41,641 nucleotides of DNA from Candidatus Hydrogenedentota bacterium (GTDB lineage Bacteria; Hydrogenedentota; Hydrogenedentia; Hydrogenedentales; JAEUWI01), in assembly GCA_030432675.1 (NCBI GenBank), contig JAUIMA010000003.1:1-41641 (forward strand), read 5' to 3'. Under the pieces are notes generated by a model that was given only the letters and a program-made list of their open reading frames with translations, had not been told where the DNA came from and did not search any database. The first letter of the stretch is position 1; every line of letters starts with the position of its first letter. Shown here in pieces: positions 27,920 to 37,900 of the stretch. Made by a program: the position numbers and the translations under genes.

Positions 27920-28170
27920 TACGCTTGGTTCTCCGCCCGTAATGGGCCTTGTTATCTATTCCAACCACACCGGGATGTGGTGTCGGTTTTATGCTATCTG
28001 TTACTATCGCATGATACCAAAGGGGGAAGAAGTAATTCTATGAACGCCCGGGCCAGAGGATCGAGAAGTAGTCTATTATGAAGGACTTCCATCAACACAC
28101 GCGGGGGCTTGTCCCCAATATCCACCACATGACGCCGCCAAATCGAATAACTATTCCGGGGGGCCACTGA

Positions 28171-30333
28171 ATGTTCTTCCCGCTCTATCTCGCCGCATTG
28201 GGCATTTCTGCCGGTATTATTGGTGTTTTCGGCCGACGTCTGCTGGTGCTGGCCGGTTATGTGCCCGACTTCGATGCCGGCCTTTCAGCGACCCTCATGA
28301 TCGCCTGTGGCTATCTTCTGGTGCAAATCGCCTATGGTGCCCTGATCCAGCTCATTAAGCCCCACAAGGGCACGGGGCCCCATATCACCGAGATTCTTTC
28401 TCTCTTGTCGGCCATCGTCCTGATTCCCTACCTCCTGAATGTCGTCATTCCCTGGCCCCACCCAAAGCTGGCGGAGATGGAACCCCTCATTTTTCTGGCT
28501 GTTTTTGGGGGACTACACGGATTTTTCAAACTGGCAACCCTCTTTGCGGCCACCCAGGCGCCACCCGCAACCCAGGTTCGCGTCGTACCCTACATCATCG
28601 TGGGCGCCCTCGCCTTGTTCGGCGTGCAACACGGTTTTCAGACCTGGTATACCTCCCTTACCGGCGTTCGCAGCGCGGCACTGCGCCCCCAGGAACCCAA
28701 GCGAGTCGGAGATACCTACGCCTGGGGCCGCGCCCTGACGGAAGGGCTCCAATACACCCTGGACGCGCGCCGTGCCGAGGGCGAGCACTTGACCCTGCGC
28801 TGGGCCAACCCCGATGAAGAAGGGCAATCCGTGGAAACCATCCACGTGACGGGAACGTTCCTGGACGAGGCCGGCGAGACCTTGCCGGGTGTCTGGAAGA
28901 ATGAGGTAACACTACAGACCCACAACTGGACCACCCAACGTATCCCCGAGGACGCCATCCCCACGGGCGCAGCGCAGGTCGCCCTTTCCTGGAGTCTGGA
29001 AGATGAATCGGAATGGGTGCGCCAAACGGGACTACGCCCGACCCATTCTTCGGGAACGACGCTCCTGCTCTCGGGACCCTATGTGCACAGCGCCCCTGAG
29101 GCCTTCGAGCGGCCGAACCTTGTGATTGTCCTGGTGGAAGGGCTCGGGGCAGACCACATGGAGCTGTTTGGTTACAGCCGCCAGACCAGCCCCGGTCTCA
29201 CCGCCCTGGCAAAACGCAGTTCCGTCTGGGAAAACACCTTTACGGCTTGCCCGGATGCCTTCAGCACAGCCGTCACCCTCATGACCGGGGTATCGCCCCT
29301 GGTGCACGGTGTGACAGACACGCAGCGCCCGGCAATTCCCGAAAACCTGGCGACCCTGCCTGAGCGCATGCGGGAAGCGGGCTACGTCACCGTCGCGTTC
29401 ACTGAAGGGGAAGGAAGCGATGGCGAAGACCTCGTTTTTGGCAGTGGATTTGAGCGGGGTTTCGAACTCTTTAATCCCGCCTATCCCGAAACGGCCCGTA
29501 GCACGGCCGATGATGGCCCCGCGCCACTTGTCCCCCAAGGTTCCCGCGTAACCCTTCAACGGGCTGCGGACTGGATAGCCAGACACCGGGAAGAAGAGCG
29601 CTACCTGGTTTTCATTCGCCTCCGGGAACTCAGCAAACCCTTTGAACTGAAACGCTACGGGCCCGGCTTCATCAAGCCCTGGGAAAACGTCCCTCAGCCC
29701 ATTGATGTCTATGACACGGCTGTCGTGGATGTGGATAAGCAACTGGGGCTCTTCACCGAGCGACTTCGTCAGATGGGCAGCTTCGAAGATACCTGCCTGG
29801 TCTTCACGTCCCCTTACGGGCTGGATTTCTCCGAGCCCGACCGGGGAGTATGGCGACGGGGCGGCCCGGGAGTTCCCCGTTTGACCGAAGAGAGCATTCG
29901 CGTCCCCCTTATCATGTCACTCCCGGAAGGCATCGGCCGCACGCGACGCCCCCTCGTTTCCCTAAACGCCGTGGGTCGGACCCTCGGTGATTTCGCGGGG
30001 GTGAGCCTCTCCCATAGCGCCGATGTCCGCAGTCTGCTGGATTACACGGCAGGCGAGGAACCGGTCACAATTATGGGCGATCCCTTGGCGATGTCCCTTC
30101 GCACGGAAGAGTGGCGCTACAACTGGCAGTCGGGCCTTCGCGCCAGCGACTTCTCCGATACGGGGTCCGCTACCACCTTGGGGCTCTACAATATCGCCGA
30201 CTATCACGAGACGTTTCAGAATAAGAACTACACTTCCCGTGAGCCCGGCGTGGCCACCCGGTACCGCGAGCAACTTGCCACCTATGTACACGGATTCGCC
30301 GAAGCCGCAACCGTAAGCTCTTCATCACCCTGA
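28171..30333 (+). CDS. Membrane-bound sulfatase/alkaline-phosphatase-superfamily protein (active site degenerate)
   Basis: About 5 N-terminal TMs; RPNLVIVLVEGLGADH..FGYSRQTSP, LMTG, YDTAVVDVD, and VPLI match the sulfatase fold. Confidence 0.8.
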   Translation: MFFPLYLAALGISAGIIGVFGRRLLVLAGYVPDFDAGLSATLMIACGYLLVQIAYGALIQLIKPHKGTGPHITEILSLLSAIVLIPYLLNVVIPWPHPKLAEMEPLIFLAVFGGLHGFFKLATLFAATQAPPATQVRVVPYIIVGALALFGVQHGFQTWYTSLTGVRSAALRPQEPKRVGDTYAWGRALTEGLQYTLDARRAEGEHLTLRWANPDEEGQSVETIHVTGTFLDEAGETLPGVWKNEVTLQTHNWTTQRIPEDAIPTGAAQVALSWSLEDESEWVRQTGLRPTHSSGTTLLLSGPYVHSAPEAFERPNLVIVLVEGLGADHMELFGYSRQTSPGLTALAKRSSVWENTFTACPDAFSTAVTLMTGVSPLVHGVTDTQRPAIPENLATLPERMREAGYVTVAFTEGEGSDGEDLVFGSGFERGFELFNPAYPETARSTADDGPAPLVPQGSRVTLQRAADWIARHREEERYLVFIRLRELSKPFELKRYGPGFIKPWENVPQPIDVYDTAVVDVDKQLGLFTERLRQMGSFEDTCLVFTSPYGLDFSEPDRGVWRRGGPGVPRLTEESIRVPLIMSLPEGIGRTRRPLVSLNAVGRTLGDFAGVSLSHSADVRSLLDYTAGEEPVTIMGDPLAMSLRTEEWRYNWQSGLRASDFSDTGSATTLGLYNIADYHETFQNKNYTSREPGVATRYREQLATYVHGFAEAATVSSSSP

Positions 30334-30364
30334 ATCTACCTCCACGTAACAAGGACGCCCTAAC

Positions 30365-31222
30365 GTGACGATTTTTCGCCTCCATTCATTTGCCCCAATG
30401 CACGTTGCCCTCTGTCTGATGGGGCTGTTTTTTGCCCTTCCTCACCTCACTGCAACCGCCGCTCCCTGCACCTTCGTGCAAGTGTGCGACACCCAATTGG
30501 GGATGGGGGGCTATGATGAGGACAAGGCCCGATTCCGCGCGGCGGTCAAGGCCATCAACGCGATGGATGTAAACTGGGTCGTCATTTGCGGCGATCTGGT
30601 GGACAATGGGGGCGACGAAAAAGCGATTGCCGACTTCCGGGAAATCGTGGAGACTTTCACGGTGCCTTGCTACCTGGCCCCCGGAAACCACGACGTAGGC
30701 GGTGTACCCACGGAGGCCACGCTGGCCCGCTATCGTAAGGCCCACGGCCCGGACTACTTCGCGGTGGAAAACTCCGGATTCAAGATCATGATTTTGAATA
30801 CCCAGTTCTGGAAGGGCCCCATGGCCGGTGAAACGGAGAAGCATGACGCCTGGTATCTGGAAGAGTTGGCCAAAGCGAAAGAGACTGAAACGCCGGTCTT
30901 GCTTGTGAGTCACTATCCCCCATTTCTAAAAACCGCAGACGAGGAAGAAATTTATTACAATCTTCCCCTCGAAGCAAGGGCACGGGTTCTAAGCGCGGCC
31001 AAAGAGAATGGCGTCCGCGCCTGGCTCGCCGGCCATGCCCACAAGAATGTACTGACGGAGTACGAGGGTATCCCGATTGTAGTTTCAGCCACTACCAGTC
31101 GGAACTTTGATGGGGCACCCTATGGCTTCCGCGTGTGGTCCGTCGATGAACAGGGCGCATTGAGTCACACCTATAAGGCCTTAGAACTCCCCGAGGAATT
31201 GCAGAAGCCCAAAAAGAAATAA
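30365..31222 (+). CDS. Secreted calcineurin-like metallophosphoesterase (CPPED1-like DxQ variant)
   Basis: Motifs DTQ, GDLVD, GNHD, SHYP, GHAH; hydrophobic signal peptide. Confidence 0.92.
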   Translation: MTIFRLHSFAPMHVALCLMGLFFALPHLTATAAPCTFVQVCDTQLGMGGYDEDKARFRAAVKAINAMDVNWVVICGDLVDNGGDEKAIADFREIVETFTVPCYLAPGNHDVGGVPTEATLARYRKAHGPDYFAVENSGFKIMILNTQFWKGPMAGETEKHDAWYLEELAKAKETETPVLLVSHYPPFLKTADEEEIYYNLPLEARARVLSAAKENGVRAWLAGHAHKNVLTEYEGIPIVVSATTSRNFDGAPYGFRVWSVDEQGALSHTYKALELPEELQKPKKK

Positions 31223-31261
31223 GTCGCGACTACCCGGCACGTATTCAGGAAGGATGGCACC

Positions 31262-34027
31262 ATGGGTCTCTTAACGTTCGGCATGCTTATGGCAGCAGGG
31301 CTGCTGACCACGCCGGGGGCCGTTCAGTATATAGACCTGCAAGACGGATGGACCGTGGAAAATACAGGGGCCTGGCAGAGCCGGGTAGATCATCGCAACC
31401 TTCTCGCCATGCACCACCCCTGGACGCCCAGTGAAGCCAATCGATTCTCGATGGCCCAGAAGACAGTCGTCGTTCCCACCGATTGGGGAAACACGGTAAC
31501 CCTTCATTTTTACAGCAGCGACGACTACCACGGTGTCCCGGTAAAGGACACACCGGGTACGGGCTTCGTGGGGCACCGCCGGAAACAAATCCTGGTCAAC
31601 AGCAATCCGATCTGGACCCACGATGTGGCGGATGCGGTTGTGCCGGGCGTGTCCTCCACCTATCAGGTAACGATCCAAGTTCCGGAAAGTGATCGTTCCC
31701 TGCGCATCGCCTTGCTGGCCTATGACGCCGTGGCCTCAAGCACGGTGTTGAAGGAAGATTTCTATACCCCCCGCAAACCCGGCATGGGTCGGGAAGATGA
31801 CCCCGAGGCCAATCGCTTTCGGACCACCATCTACTGGGGCGATCTAACCCTGGTTTCCGGCAATTCCGCGACAGGCTCCCCACCGAGACCCTCGGAACGA
31901 CTCGTCTTGAAGCGTCACAACCGCTATTGGCCACCTGCCCCGCCCGAATCAAACGTGTGGACTAAGGAAAAGACGAAGTTCACCCTGTCCGCTCCCGGCG
32001 GTCTCCCCAAGGCGGGCTTCCCACTCGAAATGGGTATTCCCTTGCCGCTCGGTGCGGCGGATTCGCCGGAGTCCCTTCGCTTTACACGAGGCGACGGGCA
32101 ACGCATTTATACGCAGAAGCAGGTCACTGACAATTGGCCCGACGGCTCTCTTCGATGGCTATTGGCCCAGATGCCTGTAAAGCCGTCTACCGGGGATATC
32201 GCGCTGGCTTTTACGAAGGATGGGGCGTCCCCCGCAGGCTCCGTTAAGGTCGTTGAGCGCGACGCCGGGTTGAAAGTTTCCAGCGGAGCAGTATCGTTGG
32301 AGCAGGGTGGCGTCGATCCGATTGACACCCTATCCTACCGTGGGAAGGTGGCCTTCACCGGCCTGCAACTCGCGCTGGAAGTGGCCGGAAAGGTTATCCC
32401 CGGCACCAATGACAACGGCCAGGTTGTAGAAGAGGGCCCCTTTCACACCCGGCTGGTTATGGAAGGGCGCTTTGAAGGACTGGATACCGCTTACGGCACC
32501 TACGCCCTTTATTGCTCGGTCTACCACGATCTACCCTATGTGAAATTCTGGTTTCGCTATTTCAACGACACCCCATCCCCCCAATCACTCTCTCAGCTGA
32601 ACTTCACACTGGCACTCCCCGCTCCCCTGGACACCCTCACGCTCCCCCACGGCACGGTGGATGCTCCCTTGGAGATGGACTTGCAGCAGCCCGACGTATA
32701 TCGGGCCAATGGAGCTTCCCATGTATTAAGCAAGCCGTTTTTTCTACAGTGGTCCCAAGGGGCCCTGGTGGTCAAAGATTTCGCCCAACTCCACCCGAAA
32801 GGTCTCCAGGTGGACGCGGAACGGCTAACCCTTTCGCTGGTGGCCGGAGGCCCGTCGCCCGTGACCTTCGCGCCGGGCGAAGCCAAGAGCCATGAAATCT
32901 GGCTGGCACTGGGCCCCACCGATGGGGCACAACTCGCCGCCACCGTGGCGCGACCACCCTTATTGATAAATGCCAACTATTTCAATCGTACCGGAGTTTT
33001 CGGACCGGCTGCCCCCGTGGGCGCAGACAATCCGTGGGTCACCTTCGCCCAAAATACGTATGGAGAAAAGTCGCTCTCGGAGATCGGGATGCACACGGGT
33101 CTGCGTCACTACCCCGATGAGCCCTATCTCGGACGTAGCGGTGCCTGGTCCAACAACTACAATGGGCGACTGAGCAGTCTTTGGAGTACGTGGCTCGCTA
33201 CGGGAGACCGTGCCTGGTTTGACCGCGCGGCAGCCTTCTCCAGCCACCTCATGGATGTGGCAATTGTCCATTCGGAGGTCCCCGGACAGGACTGGCTGGG
33301 TGCGCTCCATGGCCCTGGCGCCAATCACGTGGCGGGCCCTTGGAATCCCCTTTTACGCGGCGAGGGCTTCGCCCACTTTGCCCGATGGACGGGCAACCCG
33401 GAAGCCGAATCGGCCTTCCTGGGAATTGCGGACTTCTGTGTACGGACCCATGCCGGACGCCGCGGTCCCAACGTGCGCCATTGGGCAGGCCCTTTTTCGA
33501 GTATCGTCGCGGCCTACCGGGATACGGGTGAAATCGGCCTGCTGGAAGCGGGTACGGAGCGGCTGACGGGGATGCTTCGACAGGTGGACCGCCGACGGGG
33601 CACGTGGATCGACTGGCACGGGGACAGCACCTACCCCGGAAATATTCCGTGGATGACCGCCCAATTGGCCCAGCCACTCTATACGTGGTACCACGAAACC
33701 GGCGATGTGGAAGCCGCCCAACTCCTCGTGGGATTGGCGGAATCCCTCATCTGTGAGAATACGCCGTGGGATGGGCCAGGTCGCATGGATACCTACTCCC
33801 CCGCGCCGTGGTTTCCCAAAACGACCGCTTATGACCCCTTTATCATCCCCCTGATTGGCGCCGCCTACGAACTGACGGAAGACCCCTTCTTCAAAGAAGC
33901 GGCGTTAGCCCAGTGGAAGCGTTGGCGGGATCAGCCCGAGTTTCAATCGGCATTCAACCTGTCGTGGCACTTGCCCTGGCTCAATGCCGTGCTGGCAGAA
34001 TGGGATGCGGAGGCTTCCGAGCCCTAA
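31262..34027 (+). CDS. Secreted exo-rhamnogalacturonan lyase-like protein (PL26/PcRGLX/YetA-like architecture)
   Basis: GIPLPLGA...WPDGSLRWLL N-terminal barrel motif, central beta-rich region (EEGPFH, GEAKSHE), helical C-terminal region (WLATGDR, AYELTEDP). Confidence 0.7.
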   Translation: MGLLTFGMLMAAGLLTTPGAVQYIDLQDGWTVENTGAWQSRVDHRNLLAMHHPWTPSEANRFSMAQKTVVVPTDWGNTVTLHFYSSDDYHGVPVKDTPGTGFVGHRRKQILVNSNPIWTHDVADAVVPGVSSTYQVTIQVPESDRSLRIALLAYDAVASSTVLKEDFYTPRKPGMGREDDPEANRFRTTIYWGDLTLVSGNSATGSPPRPSERLVLKRHNRYWPPAPPESNVWTKEKTKFTLSAPGGLPKAGFPLEMGIPLPLGAADSPESLRFTRGDGQRIYTQKQVTDNWPDGSLRWLLAQMPVKPSTGDIALAFTKDGASPAGSVKVVERDAGLKVSSGAVSLEQGGVDPIDTLSYRGKVAFTGLQLALEVAGKVIPGTNDNGQVVEEGPFHTRLVMEGRFEGLDTAYGTYALYCSVYHDLPYVKFWFRYFNDTPSPQSLSQLNFTLALPAPLDTLTLPHGTVDAPLEMDLQQPDVYRANGASHVLSKPFFLQWSQGALVVKDFAQLHPKGLQVDAERLTLSLVAGGPSPVTFAPGEAKSHEIWLALGPTDGAQLAATVARPPLLINANYFNRTGVFGPAAPVGADNPWVTFAQNTYGEKSLSEIGMHTGLRHYPDEPYLGRSGAWSNNYNGRLSSLWSTWLATGDRAWFDRAAAFSSHLMDVAIVHSEVPGQDWLGALHGPGANHVAGPWNPLLRGEGFAHFARWTGNPEAESAFLGIADFCVRTHAGRRGPNVRHWAGPFSSIVAAYRDTGEIGLLEAGTERLTGMLRQVDRRRGTWIDWHGDSTYPGNIPWMTAQLAQPLYTWYHETGDVEAAQLLVGLAESLICENTPWDGPGRMDTYSPAPWFPKTTAYDPFIIPLIGAAYELTEDPFFKEAALAQWKRWRDQPEFQSAFNLSWHLPWLNAVLAEWDAEASEP

Positions 34028-34935
34028 TCGCTCTCTGGGGCGCGTTGACTCCATAGACCCGGCAGGGCGGCGCTCGCAAGCAATACCCCGATGAGTATCC
34101 AGCCGAGGTTACCTGTCCATGGCGGTGTCTGCTGTTGGAAGAGATGCTCCCAGATACCGCAGGCCTGACCTGCGATGCCGCCCAACGCGAGGGCACACAG
34201 GCCCAGGTGCTCCGTGCGGTGCTTTATCGTGCCCAGCACCAGACTCAAGACCATGCACAGGACAATGGCCCGCAACTGGGTCTCCCATAAGCCGCTGTAG
34301 TCCCCAAGTTCCCGGTGCCAGCTATAGAGGAGGGGAAAAAACCACAGCCCCCAGCACAGACCGACAAGGAGATGGGCAGGCAGGGCCCCCAGGGGCATGA
34401 GCCGAGGCAGCAAATAGCCGCGCCAACCGAACTCTGAGCCCAGGGCAATTAAGGCGAAGAGCGTTGCGCCAAGCCCGATGCTCACCAATGGATAGGTTAC
34501 GAAGATAATCCCCGGTGCCAGTGCGCGCACGTTGGGCGCCAGGGGCTCGGTGGAAACGGCCTCCACCTCATTCAGCAGGCCCGCCAGGTTCCATTGGGGA
34601 TAGGTCAGACCGAGCAGGGTCGCCACGGTATAACTGAGTGCAAAAACGGCCAGGGGCATGAGCAGCACCCGAAGGGCAGCCACTCTTGAGACTGGCCAGA
34701 GTTTCGCCGGCGGTGATGTCTCGGCGGACGGCACCATGAAACCAGCCGCGAGGGCGGCCAGCGCGGGAATACCCATGAGCAACACTTGCGCCAGGTATTG
34801 AAAGGCGTTGGGCGACTGAAAGGCCAATGCGCCCTCGGCCAGCAGAACAAAAGTCAGCACGAATATGAGTAGAAAACTCAGGCCCAGATAGAGGGCAATA
34901 CCTTTGAAATCCATCAAGAACGGTTCACTTCCCAT
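34024..34935 (-). CDS. CPBP/Abi (CAAX protease) family membrane protein with degenerate motifs
   Basis: Multi-TM protein; ALGSEFGWRGYLLPRL and WGLW motifs. Confidence 0.82.
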   Translation of the reverse strand: MGSEPFLMDFKGIALYLGLSFLLIFVLTFVLLAEGALAFQSPNAFQYLAQVLLMGIPALAALAAGFMVPSAETSPPAKLWPVSRVAALRVLLMPLAVFALSYTVATLLGLTYPQWNLAGLLNEVEAVSTEPLAPNVRALAPGIIFVTYPLVSIGLGATLFALIALGSEFGWRGYLLPRLMPLGALPAHLLVGLCWGLWFFPLLYSWHRELGDYSGLWETQLRAIVLCMVLSLVLGTIKHRTEHLGLCALALGGIAGQACGIWEHLFQQQTPPWTGNLGWILIGVLLASAALPGLWSQRAPESD

Positions 34936-37900
34936 TAATTTCTGGCCCGCGGTGGCGGTGGTGCGACGGCTCCCGCTGCCGTTCCCTCTTCCACATCCAC
35001 GGATGCGGCACCGGTAACCCGTTGATACGCCACCAGGCCGTTGGCCGCGAGTTTCATGACAACGGGAAAGGCGGCATCGGGGTCACTCAGTGAAAATACG
35101 ATATTCTGACTCTTGAAGGGCGCCACGGAAACGGTCGCGCGGCGGGGCGCCACGGTAAATTCGGGAAAATTCCGCCCTTCGCCCCAGTGCTCAGGCGATG
35201 CGATGGCATCCAGATAACCCTTGGCGTAAACACTGCTGTTGTTGCGGATAGAGACCCGAATCTGGGCGCCATTGCGGCTCGTTTCCATCACATAGGGTGC
35301 TTCATTGGTCATGAGTACATCGCGGTAGGTCTGCCGCTCAAAGACCGTTTCGGCGACGACCGCCATCTCGTCTTCCATATCGGGAGAGCGTGCCAGTTGA
35401 ATCGTCTCCACCTGTTGCTCGCCCGCCCCAAGGCTATAGTAGACGCTCTGGGGTCCGAATGTCAGGCCCGAGGTGGCCTCGAGATTGACCGTTCCCTGCA
35501 CCGTGCGGTCGGTGGTGTGGTTACTCACGACCACTTCGATGGCGGGGGTATCGCCGGTCAAGGAGCCCCGCAGCAGGAGGCCAATTGGCATTTTCCGGAC
35601 CGGTGCCGCACCCCGCCGCTCGTCCCAGTAACGGGTTTCCAGCACGCCGTGGGGCTCGGCCTCCCGACCAAGGCGGGCAAGTCCGTCGAGGGGTTTGGTC
35701 ACGTTGGGTAAAAACCACAGAGGCAATACCTGAAAGCCGTTCGCCTCCAGCGAGACACCGCCACCGGCGACCGACCAGGGCGTCTGAGGCCGCTCCAATA
35801 CATCGGTGCCCTGGGCTTCCAACATGCCGGTACTGCTTTGCAGGGTACCCGACCAGCGCGCACCCGTCGGCTCCCATGCGAGGAGGGTATACCCATCGCG
35901 GGGATGAAAGGCGGTACGGGTATTGGTGGTCGTGGGGAATCCGGCCGGCTTCAACCCGCCCACCCGCACTCCTGGTGGGCTCACCTCGAGGAAGGCCTGC
36001 GTGGCGGGCAGCTCCCCCGGATGCATCTCGGTCCGCGCCACCACGGGCTTCACGGTGAATCGGGCGGCCATCTCGGGCACCCGGGCGGACCGCCAATCGC
36101 CCTGGAAGGGAAAAATTCCATAACGAAAGCGCGTCACGTCGAGCAATTCGGCCCCATCGCCCCCCTTTCGTTCCAGGGGGGTGCGATGCTGCAACCCCAG
36201 CAAGAGCCGTCCATCTTTCTGTTGGGACACGGAAAGGGTGCCGGGAAAGAGCAGGGCATTTCCACGGGCGGGTTCCTGCTGAATGCGCGCAGGCACGTAG
36301 GCCGAGGGAGGCAGCAGGTAACGCTGCCCCGTGCGCACAGCGCGGGTGAGTTGGTCGGCAAGATCGGCGCTCTGGGCAGGGGTAAGGCCACCGAGCAACA
36401 GGGTCGGCACCGGAGCCACCCCGTCGGGCACCTGCACATCATGAAGGAGAAGGCGCGCACCGCTGGGAATCCGGTCTACATAGTCCTGTAAGGTCCCTTC
36501 GGGAACCTGAGCGAGCAACGGCCCACAAAATCGATTTTGATCCGGCGTGCCCAAGACGACCCGCATGCGATAACCGGCACGAAGGTAGTCGTTGCTATCC
36601 TGCTCGGTCGTGCTGTCGGTCCACAGAAAATCAGGCTTCTCCGGGGCGTCGGATTGGAGGATGCTGGGAATACCGCGGGAAATAAGGGCCTGCTGCAACT
36701 CACGGGCGGGCCGTTCGAGTTGCTCGTGACCATAGACGATGATCGTGGGCTCCCAGGGCACAACGCCCCCCGATCCCACCTGTATGGCGTCATTGGCACT
36801 CAGGGCTACCCACTCATTAGCGGGATAGGGCACCGTGCCCCCCACGTTTTCGCCGCCCCGGGTGCGCAACACAAAGTCGTCCTGTCCCCGAGCCCCCACC
36901 ACGGTACCGAAACGCTCGCCCACAAGGAAGCTGGCACCGTCGGGCCGAAATGCAAAGGAAGCCGCGGCCGCTTTTCCAGAAAGGTTTACGCCATCCAACG
37001 TGGTCTCACACTCGACCCACGGAATGCCCGCATAGAGCGAGTAGTCTTGCGTCAGCGTGCCGCCGCCCAGCGGTGTCTCCACGCGAATGCGCTGGCGGAA
37101 GGCGGTAACTTCGGCCTTAATAGAAGAAGGGGCGGGACCTCGACTACTGGGAGGGCCCGTCCAGAGTTCCTGGGCACCGCGATTCTCACTTTCACGCTCC
37201 GTAAGCAACACGATCTCATTGAGCGGTCCGGCCGCAATCTCATCGCCCGAAACCTTATCCAGCAGCGAACGTATCGCACCCGTCGCCGGGTCCACAAACA
37301 GCGCCAGGTGTTCGTTTTCGATTTGCATGTCTTCCGTGACTAATGCGCGGGATGCCCGCTCGGCGGCCTGCACAAAATAGGTGGCGTAGCCGTAAGGCGG
37401 CAAGTCTTCCGCCAGGAAGTCGAGACGCTGTTCCCCCTGATAGGCCTCGGCGACATGGGCGACCGGACTCCCCGCCTCGTTTACGAGATTGAGTCCGGCA
37501 TTGGGCGCTACGGGCAGCTGCACCGACACAGGAACGGTGCCACGACTACCTGTTGGATTAACGACTACGAGGGCATCAAAAAGTCCCTGGTTGAGGGGGA
37601 CCGTGCCCGCCGTGTCCACCAGCCCCGCCAGATACTCACTGCTGCGCCGGAGACTGTCATCGGTCCATTCGGCCACTTCGCGGTAGGCTGCAAGGGCATC
37701 GAGGACATGCTCTTCGTCTGCTGGCACACCCAATGTTTCGGGGGTGCTGTAGTAAAGCAACTGACGCCACGCGAACTCCATGGCGCTGTGGGGATAAACG
37801 GCCCCCTGCAAACTGGCGAGCGTGGCCAGGCTTTCCGCGTCTTCCAACTGGCGGGCCAGCTCGGTGTGGACCCGTTGAAGCGCGGGCTGACTGAGCAGGG

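Noticed and set aside
28129-28170. 13-codon ORF ending immediately before the sulfatase-like ATG
   Set aside because: No clear RBS and too short to support.
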